Assembly (NCBI GenBank): GCA_002269645.1
Contig: NIVC01004257.1
Span: forward strand, 1 to 52,913
DNA: 52,913 nucleotides
Source of the DNA: Macrostomum lignano
Lineage: Eukaryota
Direction: 5' to 3'
The number at the start of each line of letters is the position of its first letter. Within the stretch, counting starts at the first letter, position 1. The notes beneath the pieces are model-generated. The model was given only the letters and a program-made list of their open reading frames with translations. It was not told where the DNA came from and searched no databases. Shown piece by piece: positions 23,490 through 38,670 of this stretch. The position numbers and the translations under genes were made by a program.

Positions 23490-25300
23490 TGTCAGCTATT
23501 AGATTTGTCATATGAGATTTGCCAGTCACGAGAATTATCAGCTATGACTTGAGATTTGTCAGTCATGAGAATTATCAGCTATGAGATTTGTTGTCTATAA
23601 GATCTGTCAGCTATGAGATGCGTTAGCTATGAGATTTGTCAGCTATGAGATTTGTCAGCTATGGGATTTGTCAGCTATGAGATGTGTTAGCTATGAGATT
23701 TGTCAGCTATAAAATTTGTCAGCTATGAGATGTGTTAGCTATGAGATTTGTCAGCTATGAGATTTGTCAGCTATGAGATTTGTCAGCTATGAGATGTGTC
23801 AGCTATTAGATGTGTCAGCTATTAGATTTACATATGAGATTTGTCAGTCACAAGAATTATCAGCTATGACTTGAGATTTGTCAGTCATGAGAATTATCAG
23901 CTATGAGATTTGTTGTCTATAAGATCTGTCAGCTATGAGATTTGTCAGCTATCAAATTTGTCAGCTATGAGATGTGTTAACTATGAGATTTGTCAGCTAT
24001 GAGATTTGTCAGCTATGAGATTTGTCAGCTATAAGATTTGTCAGCTATGAGATGTGTCAGCTATTAGATTTACATATGAGATTTGTCAGTCACAAGAATT
24101 ATCAGCTATGACTTGAGATTTGTCAGTCATGAGAATTATCAGCTATGAGATTTGTTGTCTATGAGATCTGTCAGCTATGAGATGCGTTAGCTATGAGATT
24201 TGTCAGCTATGAGATTTGTTGTCTATGAGATCTGTCAGCTATGAGATGCGTTAGCTATGAGATTTGTCAGCTATGAGATTTGTCAGCTATGGGATTTGTC
24301 AGCTATGAGATGTGTTAGCTATGAGATTTGTCAGCTATGAGATTTGTCAGCTATAAGATTTGTCAGCTATGAGATGTGTCAGCTATTAGATTTACATATG
24401 AGATTTGTCAGTCACAAGAATTATCAGCTATGACTTGAGATTTGTCAGTCATGAGAATTATCAGCTATGAGATTTGTTGTCTATAAGATCTGTCAGCTAT
24501 GAGATGCGTTAGCTATGAGATTTGTCAGCTATGAGATTTGTCAGCTATGGGATTTGTCAGCTATGAGATGTGTTAGCTATGAGATTTGTCAGCTATAAAA
24601 TTTGTCAGCTATGAGATGTGTTAGCTATGAGATTTGTCAGCTATGAGATTTGTCAGCTATGAGATTTGTCAGCTATAAGATTTGTCAGCTATGAGATGTG
24701 TCAGCTATTAGATTTACATATGAGATTTGTCAGTCACAAGAATTATCAGCTATGACTTGAGATTTGTCAGTCATGAGAATTATCAGCTATGAGATTTGTT
24801 GTCTATAAGATCTGTCAGCTATGAGATGCGTTGGCTATGAGATTTGTCAGCTATGAGATTTGTCAGCTATGGGATTTGTCAGCTATGAGATGTGTTAGCT
24901 ATGAGATTTGTCAGCTATAAAATTTGTCAGCTATGAGATGTGTTAGCTATGAGATTTGTCAGCTATGAGATTTGTCAGCTATGAGATTTGTCAGCTATAA
25001 GATTTGTCAGCTATGAGATGTGTCAGCCATTAGATTTACATATGAGATTTGTCAGTCACAAGAATTATCAGCTTTGACTTGAGATTTGTCAGTCATGAGA
25101 ATTATCAGCTATGAGATTTGTTGTCTATAAGATCTGTCAGCTATGAGATGCGTTAGCTATGAGATTTGTCAGCTATGAGATTTGTCAGCTATGGGATTTG
25201 TCAGCTATGAGATGTGTTAGCTATGAGATGTCAGCTATGAGATGTCAGCTATGAGATGTCAGCTATGAGATGTCAGCTATGAGATGTCAGCTATGCTGCT
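23490..25300. repeat. 16-bp minisatellite with ~322-bp higher-order repeat (intron 1 of ZF gene)
   Basis: Monomer GAGATTTGTCAGCTAT. Marker ATTAGATTT(A/GT)CATATG at 23498, 23821, 24063, 24385, 24707, 25029. Confidence 0.92.
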
Positions 25301-25574
25301 ATAAGAGTTTTCAGCAATGAGATTTTGCCAGCTCTGCGATCTGTCAAAGATTTGCAAGCAGCACTAGTAAAATGTGTCAGTCCTGAGTCATGAAAGGAGG
25401 CATGAAAGTGGGCCCAGGACGGACCAACCTAGGCCTCTTTTTAAGTTTGATCGGACTTAATTAATTCAAAAATTATTCTATTCTCATAAAAGTAAGCTGA
25501 AAGTCCACTGTTCCTTGGTTCAGTCCAGCATCCCAACCCAAATTGTATTGCGACATTTGCACCGCCACCAACAG

Positions 25575-25827
25575 GTGCCCAGCCGCTTATTTGCACCGGT
25601 CTCACCTGCACGAGCACATCGCGGCGAAGCATTTGCAGTTGCTACAATCGGCTAGCCAGAATCCGGAAGCGGAAGTGGCTGAATCTCAGCCGGATGCAGC
25701 TGCGGAGCCGGCTGCCGAAGCACCCAAAGGCCTGTTTGAATGCGGCATGTGCGGCAAGGCGTACAGGTACCGGAACTCGCTGCTGGAGCATCAGCGAGGT
25801 CACCGGAAACAGAGGCGGCTGCGGCGG
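25575..25827 (+). CDS. C2H2 zinc-finger protein, coding exon 2
   Basis: AACAG|G acceptor completes CDQCPAAYLHRSHLHEHIAAKH. Finger CGMCGKAYRYRNSLLEHQRGH. Phase-0 donor CGG|GTGAGG. Confidence 0.85.
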
Positions 25828-25844
25828 GTGAGGCTTGACCAGAT

Positions 25845-26662
25845 TTCAGATATGAGATTCTTAGATATGAGATGTGTCAGTTTAGATATGAGATTTGTCA
25901 GCTTAGATATGAGATTTGTCAGCTTAGATATGATATTTGTCAGCTTGATACCAAAGTGTCAGCTTGATACCAGAATGTCAGCATGGATACCAGAATGTCA
26001 GCATAGATACCAGAATGTCAGCATAAATACCAGAATGTCAGCATAGATACCAAAATGTCAGCATAGATACCAGAATGTCAGCATAGATACCAGAATGTCA
26101 GCAAGAATGTCAGCATAGATACCAGAATGTCAGCAAGAATGTCAGCATAGATACCAGAATGTCAGCATAGATACCAGAATATCAGCATAGATACCAGAAT
26201 GTCAGCATGCATACCAGAATGTCAGCATAGATACCAGAATGTCAGCATAGATACCAGAATGTCAGCATAGATACCAGAATGTCAGCATAGATACCAGAAT
26301 GTCAGCATACATACCAGAATGTCAGCATAGATACCAGAATGTCAGCATAGATACCAGAATGTCAGCATAGATACCAGAATGTCAGCATAGATACCAGAAT
26401 GTCAGCATAGATACCAGAATGTCAGCATACATACCAGAATGTCAGCATAGATACCAGAATGTCAGCAAGAATGTCAGCATAGATACCAGAATGTCAGCAT
26501 AGATACCAGAATGTCAGCATACATACCAGAATGTCAGCATAGATACCAGAATGTCAGCAAGAATGTCAGCATAGATACCAGAATGTCAGCATAGATACCA
26601 GAATGTCAGCAAGAATGTCAGCATAGATACCAGAATGTCAGCAAGAATGTCAGCATAGATAC
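25845..26662. repeat. 20/21-bp minisatellite (intron 2 of ZF gene)
   Basis: Starts as TTAGATATGAGATTTGTCAGC and grades into ATAGATACCAGAATGTCAGC. Confidence 0.92.
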
Positions 26663-26719
26663 CATTATGTAAAGGTACTGTCTAATACACCAGATCAAAT
26701 ATCTTCATTCCCTCCGCAG

Positions 26720-27111
26720 CCGCTGAAGTGCACCGTCTGCCACGTAATCTTTGATGACGTTTTCAAGCTGCGTCAACACGTCGAACTGGACGACGCGCCG
26801 GAGAATGCCCGCCGTCACGTGTGCTGCAAGTGCGGGCGCGCCTTCTTGCGCCGCTGCTATCTGGCGCTGCACGTGGCCGGCGCGCACAAATTCAAACGAC
26901 GCCACAACTGCCAGCTGTGCGGCAAGTCGTTTCTATTGTTAAAATGCCTCCGCCAGCACCAGGCCTGGGTGCATGCCGACGGGTCTGTGCGGAACTGTGC
27001 GGACTGCGGCCGGCAGATCAGAGGCGGCGCCGCTGGCATGCGCGCCCACGCTGCCACTCACGCTTGGCGACTGCGGCTGCAGCAGGAAGAGGACAAGGCT
27101 GCCGAGGCTTG
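26720..27111 (+). CDS. C2H2 zinc-finger protein, coding exon 3
   Basis: CCGCAG| acceptor, in frame with ORF 26819-27121. Fingers CTVC (degenerate), CCKC, CQLC, CADC. Phase-2 donor TG|GTCAGT. Confidence 0.83.
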
Positions 27112-27139
27112 GTCAGTGTGATGTCACTCGGGCTCGCCT

Positions 27140-27960
27140 CTGACTGACTGACTCACTGACTGACTCACTGACTGACATACTGACTGACTCACTGACTCAC
27201 TGACTGACATACTGACTCACTCACTGACTCACTGACTGACATACTGACTCACTGACTCACTGACTGACATACTGACTGACTGACTCACTGACTGACTCAC
27301 TGACTGACACACTGACTGACTCACTGACTGACATACTGACTCACTGACTGACTCACTGACTCACTGACTGACATACTGACTCACTGACTCACTGACTGAC
27401 ATACTGACTCACTGACTCACTGACTGACTCACTGACTCACTGACTGACTCACTGACTGATATGCTGACTGACTGACTCACTGATTGACTCACTGACTGAC
27501 ACACTGACTCACTGACTGACATACTGACTGACTGACTCACTGATTGACTGACTCACTGACTGACTCACTGACTGACATACTGACTGACTGACTCACTCAC
27601 TGACTGACTCACTGACTGACTGACTCACTGACTGACTCACTGACTGACTCACTGACTGACTCACTGACTGACTGACTCACTGACTGACATACTGACTGAC
27701 TGACTCACTGACTGACTGACTCACTGACTGACATACTGACTGACTGACTCACTGACTGACTGACTCACTGACTGACATACTGACTCACTGACTCACTGAC
27801 TGACTCACTGACTGACTCACTGATTGACTCACTGACTGACACACTAACTCACTGACTGACATACTGACTCACTGACTGACTCACTGATTCACTCACTGAC
27901 TGACATACTGACTCACTGACTGACTGACTCACTCACTCCCTCACTCACTCTGACTGACTG
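27140..27960. repeat. Compound (ACTG)/(ACTC)/(ACAT) tetranucleotide microsatellite (intron 3 of ZF gene)
   Basis: CTGACTGACTCACTGACTGACATA... for about 820 bp. Confidence 0.95.
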
Positions 27961-27999
27961 AATCACCAACTCACCCCATCTCTCTCGAACGCATTTCAG

Positions 28000-28591
28000 C
28001 CGAACTCGCCAGCAAGAGAAGCTGTTTAAAAAGCAATTAAGGGAGAAGAAGAAGACAAACAAGAAGAAAAGCACAGAAAAGGAGAACGAAACGCCCGTGT
28101 CGCGATTTCGTTGCGACGCCTGCTTCAAGGAGTTTCCTCGACTGTTCAATCTGCAGCGCCATCAGCGTCGGGTTCACGACCGGCCTCCTGCCCGCGGCGA
28201 CAGCAGCGCGCAGCAACGCCGTCGCTCATCATCCTCCAATAGCGAGGCAAGACCCTTCAAGTGCGAAGCTTGTGGCAAAGATTTCCGTTGGGAGCGCAAT
28301 TTGAAGGCTCACTCGATTGCACTGCACGGCGAAGGCGATCGGCCGGTTGAGAACTCATTTCAATGCGGCCAGTGCGACAAGGCCTTCCCCACGAGGGCGA
28401 GGCTGGACACTCACAGCCGGTCGCATTACAGCGCTCGGCCATTCGGCTGCAACCAGTGCGACGCCGCCTACAAGCACAAGAAGAATCTGCTTGCCCACGT
28501 TCTGCGGTGCCACAGTGGGCTGGATCGGCAGGGTGATGCCGCCGGTGACTCCAGCGACTCCACTTCGGAGAGGAACTCGGATGATGAGTGA
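28000..28591 (+). CDS. C2H2 zinc-finger protein, last coding exon
   Basis: TTTCAG|C acceptor is phase-compatible and in frame with ORF 28097-28591. Lys-rich linker (NLS-like) followed by four fingers; stop TGA 28589-28591. Confidence 0.85.
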
Positions 28592-29950
28592 CTCTGAGTG
28601 TTTTAGTGAATCCGAGTGTGACTTTGAGTGTTTTAGTGAATCCGAGTGTGACTTTGAGTGTTTTAGTGAATCCGAGTGTGACTTTGAGTGTTTTAGTGAA
28701 TCCGAGTGTGACTTTGAGTGTTTTAGTGAATCCGAGTGTGACTTTGAGTGTTTTAGTGAATCCGAGTGTGACTTTGAGTGTTTTAGTGAATCCGAGTGTG
28801 ACTTTAGGTGTTTTAGTGAATCCGAGTGTGACTTTGAGTGTTTTAGTGAATCCGAGTGTGACTTTGAGTGTTTTAGTGAATCCGAGTGTGACTTTAGGTG
28901 TTTTAGTGAATCCGAGTGTGACTTTGAGTGTTTTAGTGAATCCGAGTGTGACTTTGAGTGTTTTAGTGAATCCGAGTGTGACTTTGAGTGTTTTAGTGAA
29001 TCCGAGTGTGACTTTGAGTGTTTTAGTGAATCCGAGTGTGACTTTGAGTGTTTTAGTGAATCCGAGTGTGACTTTGAGTGTTTTAGTGAATCCGAGTGTG
29101 ACTTTGAGTGTTTTAGTGAATCCGAGTGTGACTTTGAGTGTTTTAGTGAATCCGAGTGTGACTCTGAGTGTTTTAGTGAATCCGAGTGTGACTTTGAGTG
29201 TTTTAGTGAATCCGAGTGTGACTTTGAGTGTTTTAGTGAATCCGAGTGTGACTTTGAGTGTTTTAGTGAATCCGAGTGTGACTTTGAGTGTTTTAGTGAA
29301 TCCGAGTGTGACTTTGAGTGTTTTAGTGAATCCGAGTGTGACTTTGAGTGTTTTAGTGAATCCGAGTGTGACTTTGAGTGTTTTAGTGAATCCGAGTGTG
29401 ACTTTGAGTGTTTTAGTGAATCCGAGTGTGACTTTGAGTGTTTTAGTGAATCCGAGTGTGACTTTGAGTGTTTTAGTGAATCCGAGTGTGACTTTGAGTG
29501 TTTTAGTGAATCCGAGTGTGACTTTGAGTGTTTTAGTGAATCCGAGTGTGACTTTGAGTGTTTTAGTGAATCCGAGTGTGACTTTGAGTGTTTTAGTGAA
29601 TCCGAGTGTGACTTTGAGTGTTTTAGTGAATCCGAGTGTGACTTTAGGTGTTTTAGTGAATCCGAGTGTGACTTTGAGTGTTTTAGTGAATCCGAGTGTG
29701 ACTTTGAGTGTTTTAGTGAATCCGAGTGTGACTTTGAGTGTTTTAGTGAATCCGAGTGTGACTCTGAGTGTTTTAGTGAATCCGAGTGTTACTTTGAGTG
29801 TTTTAGTGAATCCGAGTGTGACTTTGAGTGTTTTAGTGAATCCGAGTGTGACTTTGAGTGTTTTAGTGAATCCGAGTGTGACTTTGAGTGTTTTAGTGAA
29901 TCCGAGTGTGACTTTGAGTGTTTTAGTGAATCCGAGTGTGACACTGAGTT
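28590..29950. repeat. Highly homogeneous 30-bp minisatellite, ~45 copies
   Basis: Unit GAGTGTTTTAGTGAATCCGAGTGTGACTTT. Source of the spurious 560- and 454-aa ORFs. Confidence 0.96.
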
Positions 29951-30594
29951 GAGTGAATCCGGTTGTCGTACAAAAACTTTAGCTACCTTTATTCAATAAT
30001 CAAGTCGGATTGGGTATTTTTTAGTATTCAGTGCAATAACATTTAACTTACACTCAAATTCTCTTTACCTAGTTAAAGTTCGTGGCAAGTTTCTTTATTT
30101 TTCGTTTCATATTACTCAATTCAGTAGTCTGCTTGAGAGGCTTGTTAAAGCATTCTTTTTTCCTTTCCATCTCTTTGAAACTTGGACACACAATATCCCA
30201 GGCTATGAGCGTCATACGTCTGTGGGTTTTTTATTTCCTATATTTCTGCGCTAACATCTTTTTGCTATTAATAAATGGTTGTTCAACTGTCAGCTTTTTA
30301 AGACAGGCATTTCATTACGAATTTTGGTGCACTTATTCTACCCAATTGCTTAAAAGTATGGTTTTATTTATTTATGTAACACCTTGTACTCGTAGCTAAA
30401 GTGGCTCTACTTAAGTAGTATGAGCTGTTGTTACTTTCTATAGTTTTATAATTTGAAGTGAAATTATCGGGTGCTAAACATGCGATAGAAGATACTGATT
30501 GTCTTAAGTACAGAACATTACAGACAGTAGTATATAGAGTATTGCCGGTTCCATGATCAGTTATTATTAGCTAAGTTTCTTCCAATATTCTACC

Positions 30595-30774
30595 GATCCA
30601 TGAGAATCGAGGAGGCCCTGCATGCTGGGGAATCATTGGGTCATTATGCAGCTGATCCATGAGAATCCAAGAGAGGCCCTGCATGCTGGGGAATCATTGG
30701 GATCATTGCGCAGCTGATCCATGAGAATCCAAGAGAGGCAGTGCATGCTGGGGAATCATTGGGCTCATTGCGCA
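30595..30774. repeat. ~60-bp tandem triplication
   Basis: GATCCATGAGAATC...GCATGCTGGGGAATCATTGG at 30595, 30654, 30716. Confidence 0.85.
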
Positions 30775-30944
30775 TCATGATTAATATGCTAGGTTGGGAA
30801 TGACTTGTTTATCTTATCAGTTAACTTTCTACAATCGACAAGAGAGCAGTGGAGTTGATAGAACACATAACAGTGTACACTTTGATCCAAGGCGAGTGAT
30901 GGCAGTGTGACAGTGCTTAGACAGAGAGCAAACTCGATCTGTCT

Positions 30945-32541
<1,597 letters not shown>

Positions 32542-32595
32542 TTAGCATATCTGGGCAGTCTGAATATTGCTCAGAGTAAAATATGAGCAGTTTAC

Positions 32596-32947
32596 CTGTT
32601 GATGAAGCAGCGGCCTGGCAGAGCTTGGAATCTGGGCAGGAGGGCATGAAAAGCGTCGAATGAGGGTGCAGTTGGTGGTAGCTCTGCTGCTGCTGCTGCG
32701 AGCTGGGGCTGTCTGCCCTGTCCTCAAGCTGCTGATCTTCGGCGTCTCCTTCAAAGCCGGAGGACAAGTTCAGAGGCAGCCCAGCCTCCTCAGCTGGCGG
32801 CGGCTTGACTTGGCAGAGCCAGGACAGCGGCGGGAACATCTTTGCCAGCGGCAGGGGGAGAGGGAACTGCGGATGCTGCTGCTGCTGCGGCGGCAGCTTC
32901 ATCTGCTGACTGCTCAGCGCTAGGCAGAGTGGGTTGAGCTGCTCCAT
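32596..32947 (-). CDS. Uncx: unc-4/Uncx N-terminal coding exon (start uncertain)
   Basis: MEQLNPLCLALSS..., Pro/Gln-rich. Phase-1 donor G|GTAAAC matches the next acceptor. The frame stays open upstream to 33205 and there is an AG at 32959-32960, so the true start may differ. Confidence 0.65.
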
Positions 32948-35900
32948 TTCAGATGTAGCTGTTAACAAGATTCCTTGATTTGAGTTGGCTACCAAGTAGA
33001 AGTTTTCCCAAAAATTGTGCTTCAGATCATTATAAATAATCCTGCAGTGTTGCTGCTGCTGCTGCTGGCGGGGCGGAGGCGGCGGGCGAGCGGGCCGACC
33101 TGATTGGCTGGCTGATGACTGGAGCCAGTTTCGGCCCGCGAGCATTGAGTCTGCTCCTCTGCGCTGCGTGGGCTCCTGCTGCAGTCTATCGTCCCAGTGG
33201 CCCAATCGCTAGTCAGACCTAATGAGACAACTGTGAATCGGTTTAAAATTCTCAAACAGTTAATTTAGTGAGGCTCTCGCGTGAATTCATCCCAGTCGCA
33301 GCGAATTTGGCACACCTGTCTTCAACTTCAAACTACAAAGCCGCCTGTGCTTTTTTCACTGCCGCCCCGCCACTTTCAGGTTTCAAAAAGCGTTCACAGC
33401 AGAAATCGATGAAAGTGATATAAAAATGGCTTCATTAGCTCGTATGAGTTGGCTAATTGTCTCTGGATTCTGGAGGGAAAATGACTCAAACGAAATGAGC
33501 CTCATTTGCTCAGTTGAGTTTCCTCTCCAACAGCTCCAGCTTGGGATGACGGGATCTGACAATTTGTCTCCCCCATTGTCTTTGTCTTGTTTTGCTGATA
33601 GACAAGCAACGCGGCCAGCATTCGAACGAAATGGACAAGGCACCGAGACATTTGCCACTAGGAGTAAAACGGCTGCTCTAATCCCCCCTCCCCCTGCCGC
33701 AGCCTCTCTCTAGTGAATTTGCATTTAAATTACTTTGCATAATTGTCGGATTTGTGCCGCCCATGATAATGGATTAATTCACTGGGCTTTCTATAATTAA
33801 ATTGCGCTGCTGGGGGTGGGGGAGGCCCCGGTCGAGTCTCCGCAGAGTCCGGCGTTTCGGAGGGTTGGGCGTTGGTTGGGGGATATTGGCGATCGGCAAT
33901 TAATTTTGGCCGCCGCCGCGAGACCCGCGGAGCAGCTCGCGGCCGACCGTCATCCTTCTGTGTAATTGTTTTCGCCGGGACCGAACCCGAGCTCTTCCCT
34001 CTGCCGCTCATTAGGAAGGAATGGGGATTTGGGGCTGCGGGGGGGGGGAGGGTTCGGCCCTGACTCCTCGGCCTTTATTTTATGCTCGCTACAGAAATGG
34101 CAGTCAGGAAGGAGGCGCGGTCGCCCAGCTCACTCTGGGGCATTATCTCCCGCCTCCCCGATCCATCACTGCGGGCTTGACTGGCCTCTGCTACCCATTC
34201 TCTCTCTGTGTGTTTCTGTTAACAGCCGCCCTGTTGATCTGGTGGCGAAATTGAAATTTACACTGCAACAGTTCAAAACCAATTCAAAATGCTTTGAAGC
34301 TTTGACATCGAATTTAGCCTCCGATAGTACAATTGAGACACTCTCGATTGTCTATGGCTAAAAGCAAGGAACTTAAGCGAAACTTGAATTCTAATATTGA
34401 CAACCAAAAGTCTATTTAGACAAGTTTTAGATAAGTATGATCGATGGTACATACATGTATCTTTCACTGCTTTCAATTCAAAACATTACAAAAAGAAAAG
34501 TCTAAACTCTAAATGGTGTTCTAAAAATTGAAATGACGGAATTGCATATTGAGATATCGAAATTGCCAATTGGTTTTGTTGAAATAGACAAAAGTTGATG
34601 ATGTCAAGTTGTCAAATTCAAAATCTTACACAATTCATTCATCTGGGGTTGAGAATTCAATTAGCTATTAACAAATAATGCCTATGAAGCTCCAACAATA
34701 TAGTGTTAGGGCAAAATTCTTCAGATTTCCTTTGTGAACTCAGCCATATGCTTCTCCGTGTTCCTCAAATCTCTTTGTTCCCCGTGGCCTGACCCAGTCT
34801 GTCACTGATGAGACTCCACGCGACCGCTCGAGGGGTATAGGAGGCTGAAGATGTAGGTCCTGAATTTTACCCTCAGTGCGCATCGGTCATGGCGTTCTAA
34901 GGGCTATATTTCTGGAAAGGAGCAGCGCATCGACAACTGAAGCAGAAGGAAGGACGCGACACTCGCAAGTCGCAAGTCGCCGCAAATAAATTCTCAATAT
35001 CTGAAAAAACTTGCGAAAGTTCGAAAGCGCGAAAAAGCGCGAAAGTTCGGGCTCAATTTAGGATAGGACGCAAACTAAAGTTTTTATTTTAGAATTCCAT
35101 GAATGCTGTTGAAACTTGCAGTTGAGTCAGTGATTCGTTACCGCCCCTACGCGGAAGACAATGGACGGGCAGAGAAAACCTCCCTTCTGCCTCCTCTTGC
35201 CCGTGTTCTCTCACCTGTTAAAAACATTTTCGTTATTCACAATGCTATTAGAAATTTGGCTTGGCAGCCGCGGGACAGCATATCAATTACTCTCTCAATT
35301 TCTTCTTGCTAAAACTTTCTCGCTAGAGCAAGCGAGCTCGCAGTCAGGAAGGGAGGAAGGGAGAACCTTGGTGGGTCCATTTCCTGACTTTCCATCAGCC
35401 CCCCAAAACTGACAGCAGGTCTCAGTTCCTCCCCAGCTCCTCATTGATGCGTCTTGGGCGCACAGCCCAGCTCCATCCCCAGAATCGCATCGCTCTCGGG
35501 AGCTCTTGGCTTTTCCTGCTTAGCCCGCTGCCTAATACTTGAATTGTTTTGGCTGCGAGTTGCAGTTATTGTTGCGCCCTGCCTGTGTAGGAAATTGTAT
35601 TACCGTGCAGGCCCCGGCCATGCAGGAAGCAATCCTGCTTTGCCAGGCAGATCCTGACTGACTGCTCCACAGCGACACCATGCCAGTCACTCATTTTGCT
35701 TTTCTTAAGTCATCCAGCTATTTATTGCTTCTTGTATAGTTATGTTTGCCCATCAAGAAAGACAGCCCGGTTGCGAACAATGAAGAAGGCAAAAAAGCTT
35801 TTAAGAAAATCTGAAAGCAACATTTAGAGAGACGGCCCCAGAATACTGCATAAAGCATTTATTTGTCTATTGTTTGCAGTTTTATTGACAAAGATTTCCT

Positions 35901-36453
35901 TTCTCAATCCTGCAGTGCCTCCGTCAAGGTGTGCAGTTTTAATGGACCCAAGAAAGCGCGCCTTGATTAGCAGCAGAAAAGGCAGCTGAAGACTCATCAG
36001 TTAAAGTTGCTCCCAGCCTCTACAACCGCCAAGTTTTCTTCAGTTAGCCTAGAGATTTGCGGAGATGCTTTTAAAGCCTTTTTTAATGCTTCACAACTTG
36101 AACGCATTCGATAGCTGTTTTCTCTCTGGGGGTCGACAACTTTTCCTCCACCTTATGAGCTGCTCACCTCCGCAAATATCGGCCCAAGTCTACTGGGTTG
36201 TGTCTTAAAAATATAAAATTTCATCCATTAAATGTAATTCGATGTCTTGTTGCATTTCACTGTATTGACACTTCCTTTTTGCTTCGCTTCTGGGTCTGCT
36301 AATGGAGAAGCATGCGAGCTGCCCCCTCGCTGATCGTGCTGGGAGAGAGAGAAGTTACCTGTGTAATTGGAATGAATGTCCTCGCTTCACTCTGCACCTG
36401 GCTTTGCGGTGAGAATATTGGAAGCTAAGAATGCATCAGTGAAACTATTGTAT

Positions 36454-37060
36454 GTCACCAAAGCGACCCGTCACCAAAGCGACCCGTCACCAAAGCGACC
36501 CGTCACCAAAGCGACCCGTCACCAAAGCGACCCGTCACCAAAGCGACCCGTCACCAAAGCGACCCGTCACCAAAGCGACCCGTCACCAAAGCGACCCGTC
36601 ACCAAAGCGACCCGTCACCAAAGCGACCCGTCACCAAAGCGACCCGTCACCAAAGCGACCCGTCACCAAAGCGACCCGTCACCAAAGCGACCCGTCACCA
36701 AAGCGACCCGTCACCAAAGCGACCCGTCACCAAAGCGACCCGTCACCAAAGCGACCCGTCACCAAAGCGACCCGTCACCAAAGCGACCCGTCACCAAAGC
36801 GACCCGTCACCAAAGCGACCCGTCACCAAAGCGACCCGTCACCAAAGCGACCCGTCACCAAAGCGACCCGTCACCAAAGCGACCCGTCACCAAAGCGACC
36901 CGTCACCAAAGCGACCCGTCACCAAAGCGACCCGTCACCAAAGCGACCCGTCACCAAAGCGACCCGTCACCAAAGCGACCCGTCACCAAAGCGACCCGTC
37001 ACCAAAGCGACCCGTCACCAAAGCGACCCGTCACCAAAGCGACCCGTCACCAAAGCGACC
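36454..37060. repeat. Perfect 16-bp minisatellite, ~38 copies
   Basis: Unit GTCACCAAAGCGACCC. Confidence 0.96.
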
Positions 37061-38019
37061 TCGCAATAACGGTTAAAATAAGAAAATGTTTTTTTAATGA
37101 AATTAGGCCTAGGTCTAGATGTTATCTAAGCTATGTTATACTTTTGTCATGCGGAAAATTGCGACTGCAAATAAGGACCAAAAATAAAATGAATAGGCAA
37201 CTAGCGAAGAAAGCGAAGAAGCCTCCCCCAGCTTTCTTCATCTATATGTATCCGCTTCTCTCTCTGCATCAGCGGTTTCCAACCAAGCCCGGCGCCGAGG
37301 CCTGAGCAGACGGGAACTTGGGTAGCTCTATTAATTAGACATCGGTCACCAATCTGACAAGGATTTACTGCAGCCGGGACCGGCATCTCTGATTCAATCA
37401 GGCCCGGGGATTTCACTCCCCGCTTTCCCTCTTCCCTAGACGAACCTCCCCTCCCCCCAGTATCGCATCGCTAACCGCAGATTGGCAATGTTCCAGTCCG
37501 TTCATCCCTCGGCGTCAGGACACTGCGGGAAGCCCCCGCGAAACTCGGAAACTCATTGAATTCGAATTGAATCCTTGGCGGCTGAATAGCTGGTGCGTCT
37601 CCGAGATTGACTACACGGGGTTGCATCTGGCCCGACGGAGTGGCGGAGGACCCGGCAGCTTGACGAATTTGTTATTCCATCAGAATTTTGCTTTCTATTT
37701 CATTTCGCTTCCGTCTCTACCGCTGGGGCAGCCGAGCTAGCAAGTGGCGCGCTATCCCCCTGATACCGCGCATGTCCCCCCCCCCCAACCCACCATTGCC
37801 CGGGTGTCGCCCCACTGCGCTTGTGCTCTCCTCGCATCGCTTGGCTCGAGTTTAGAGCATACACTGGAGCAGCATCATTTGTCTGTGTCCGGCCAGCCAG
37901 TTTCTCTAATTTCTATGCGTAGTTTTTGCCCAAACAAATTGGAGTCTGTTGTGACATTTTTATTGATTGTTATTCTGGCAGTTCTTGTGGCATGAAGTTT
38001 GCATAAATGGCTATTATAG

Positions 38020-38670
38020 TGAGTGTCCACCTCCTGGATACGAGTGTCTATCTGCTGAACAGGTGTGTCCATCTACTAAACAGGTGTGTCCATCTGCTGA
38101 ACACGTGTGTCCATCTGCTGGATACGTGTGTCCATCTGCTGAACACGTGTGTCCATCTGCTGGATACGTGTGTCTATCTGTTGGACACGTGTCTACCTCC
38201 TGGATACGTGTGTCCATCTGCTGGATAGTTGTGTCCATCTGCTGGATAGGTGTGTCCATCTGCTGGATAGGTGTGTCCATCTGCTGGATAGGTGTGTCCA
38301 TCTTCTGGACACGTGTCTACCTGCTGGATACGTGTGTCCATCTGCTGGATAGGTGTGTCCATCTGCTGGATAGGTGTGTCCATCTGCTGGATAGGTGTGT
38401 CCATCTGCTGGATAGGTGTGTCCATCTGCTGGATAGGTGTGTCCATCTGCTGGATAGGTGTGTCCATCTTCTGGACACGTGTCTACCTGCTGGATACGTG
38501 TGTCCATCTGCTGGATAGGTGTGTCCATCTGCTGGATAGGTGTGTCCATCTGCTGGATAGGTGTGTCCATCTGCTGGATAGGTGTGTCCATCTGCTGGAT
38601 AGGTGTGTCCATCTTCTGGACACGTGTCTACCTGCTGGATGCGTGTGTCTATCTGCTGGACACGGGTCTA
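38020..38670. repeat. 21-bp minisatellite, ~31 copies
   Basis: Unit CCATCTGCTGGATAGGTGTGT with a periodic variant CTTCTGGACACGTGTCTACC. Confidence 0.93.

Noticed and set aside
28317-29999. 560-aa and 454-aa ORFs (SECDFECFSE / TLSVLVNPSV repeats)
   Set aside because: Read-through of a 30-bp array. The real ZF frame stops at 28591.
34800-34870. CTGATGAG resembling a hammerhead ribozyme core
   Set aside because: No stem II closing onto GAAA and no complementary stems I/III found. The same applies to minus-strand hits near 15388 and 35993.
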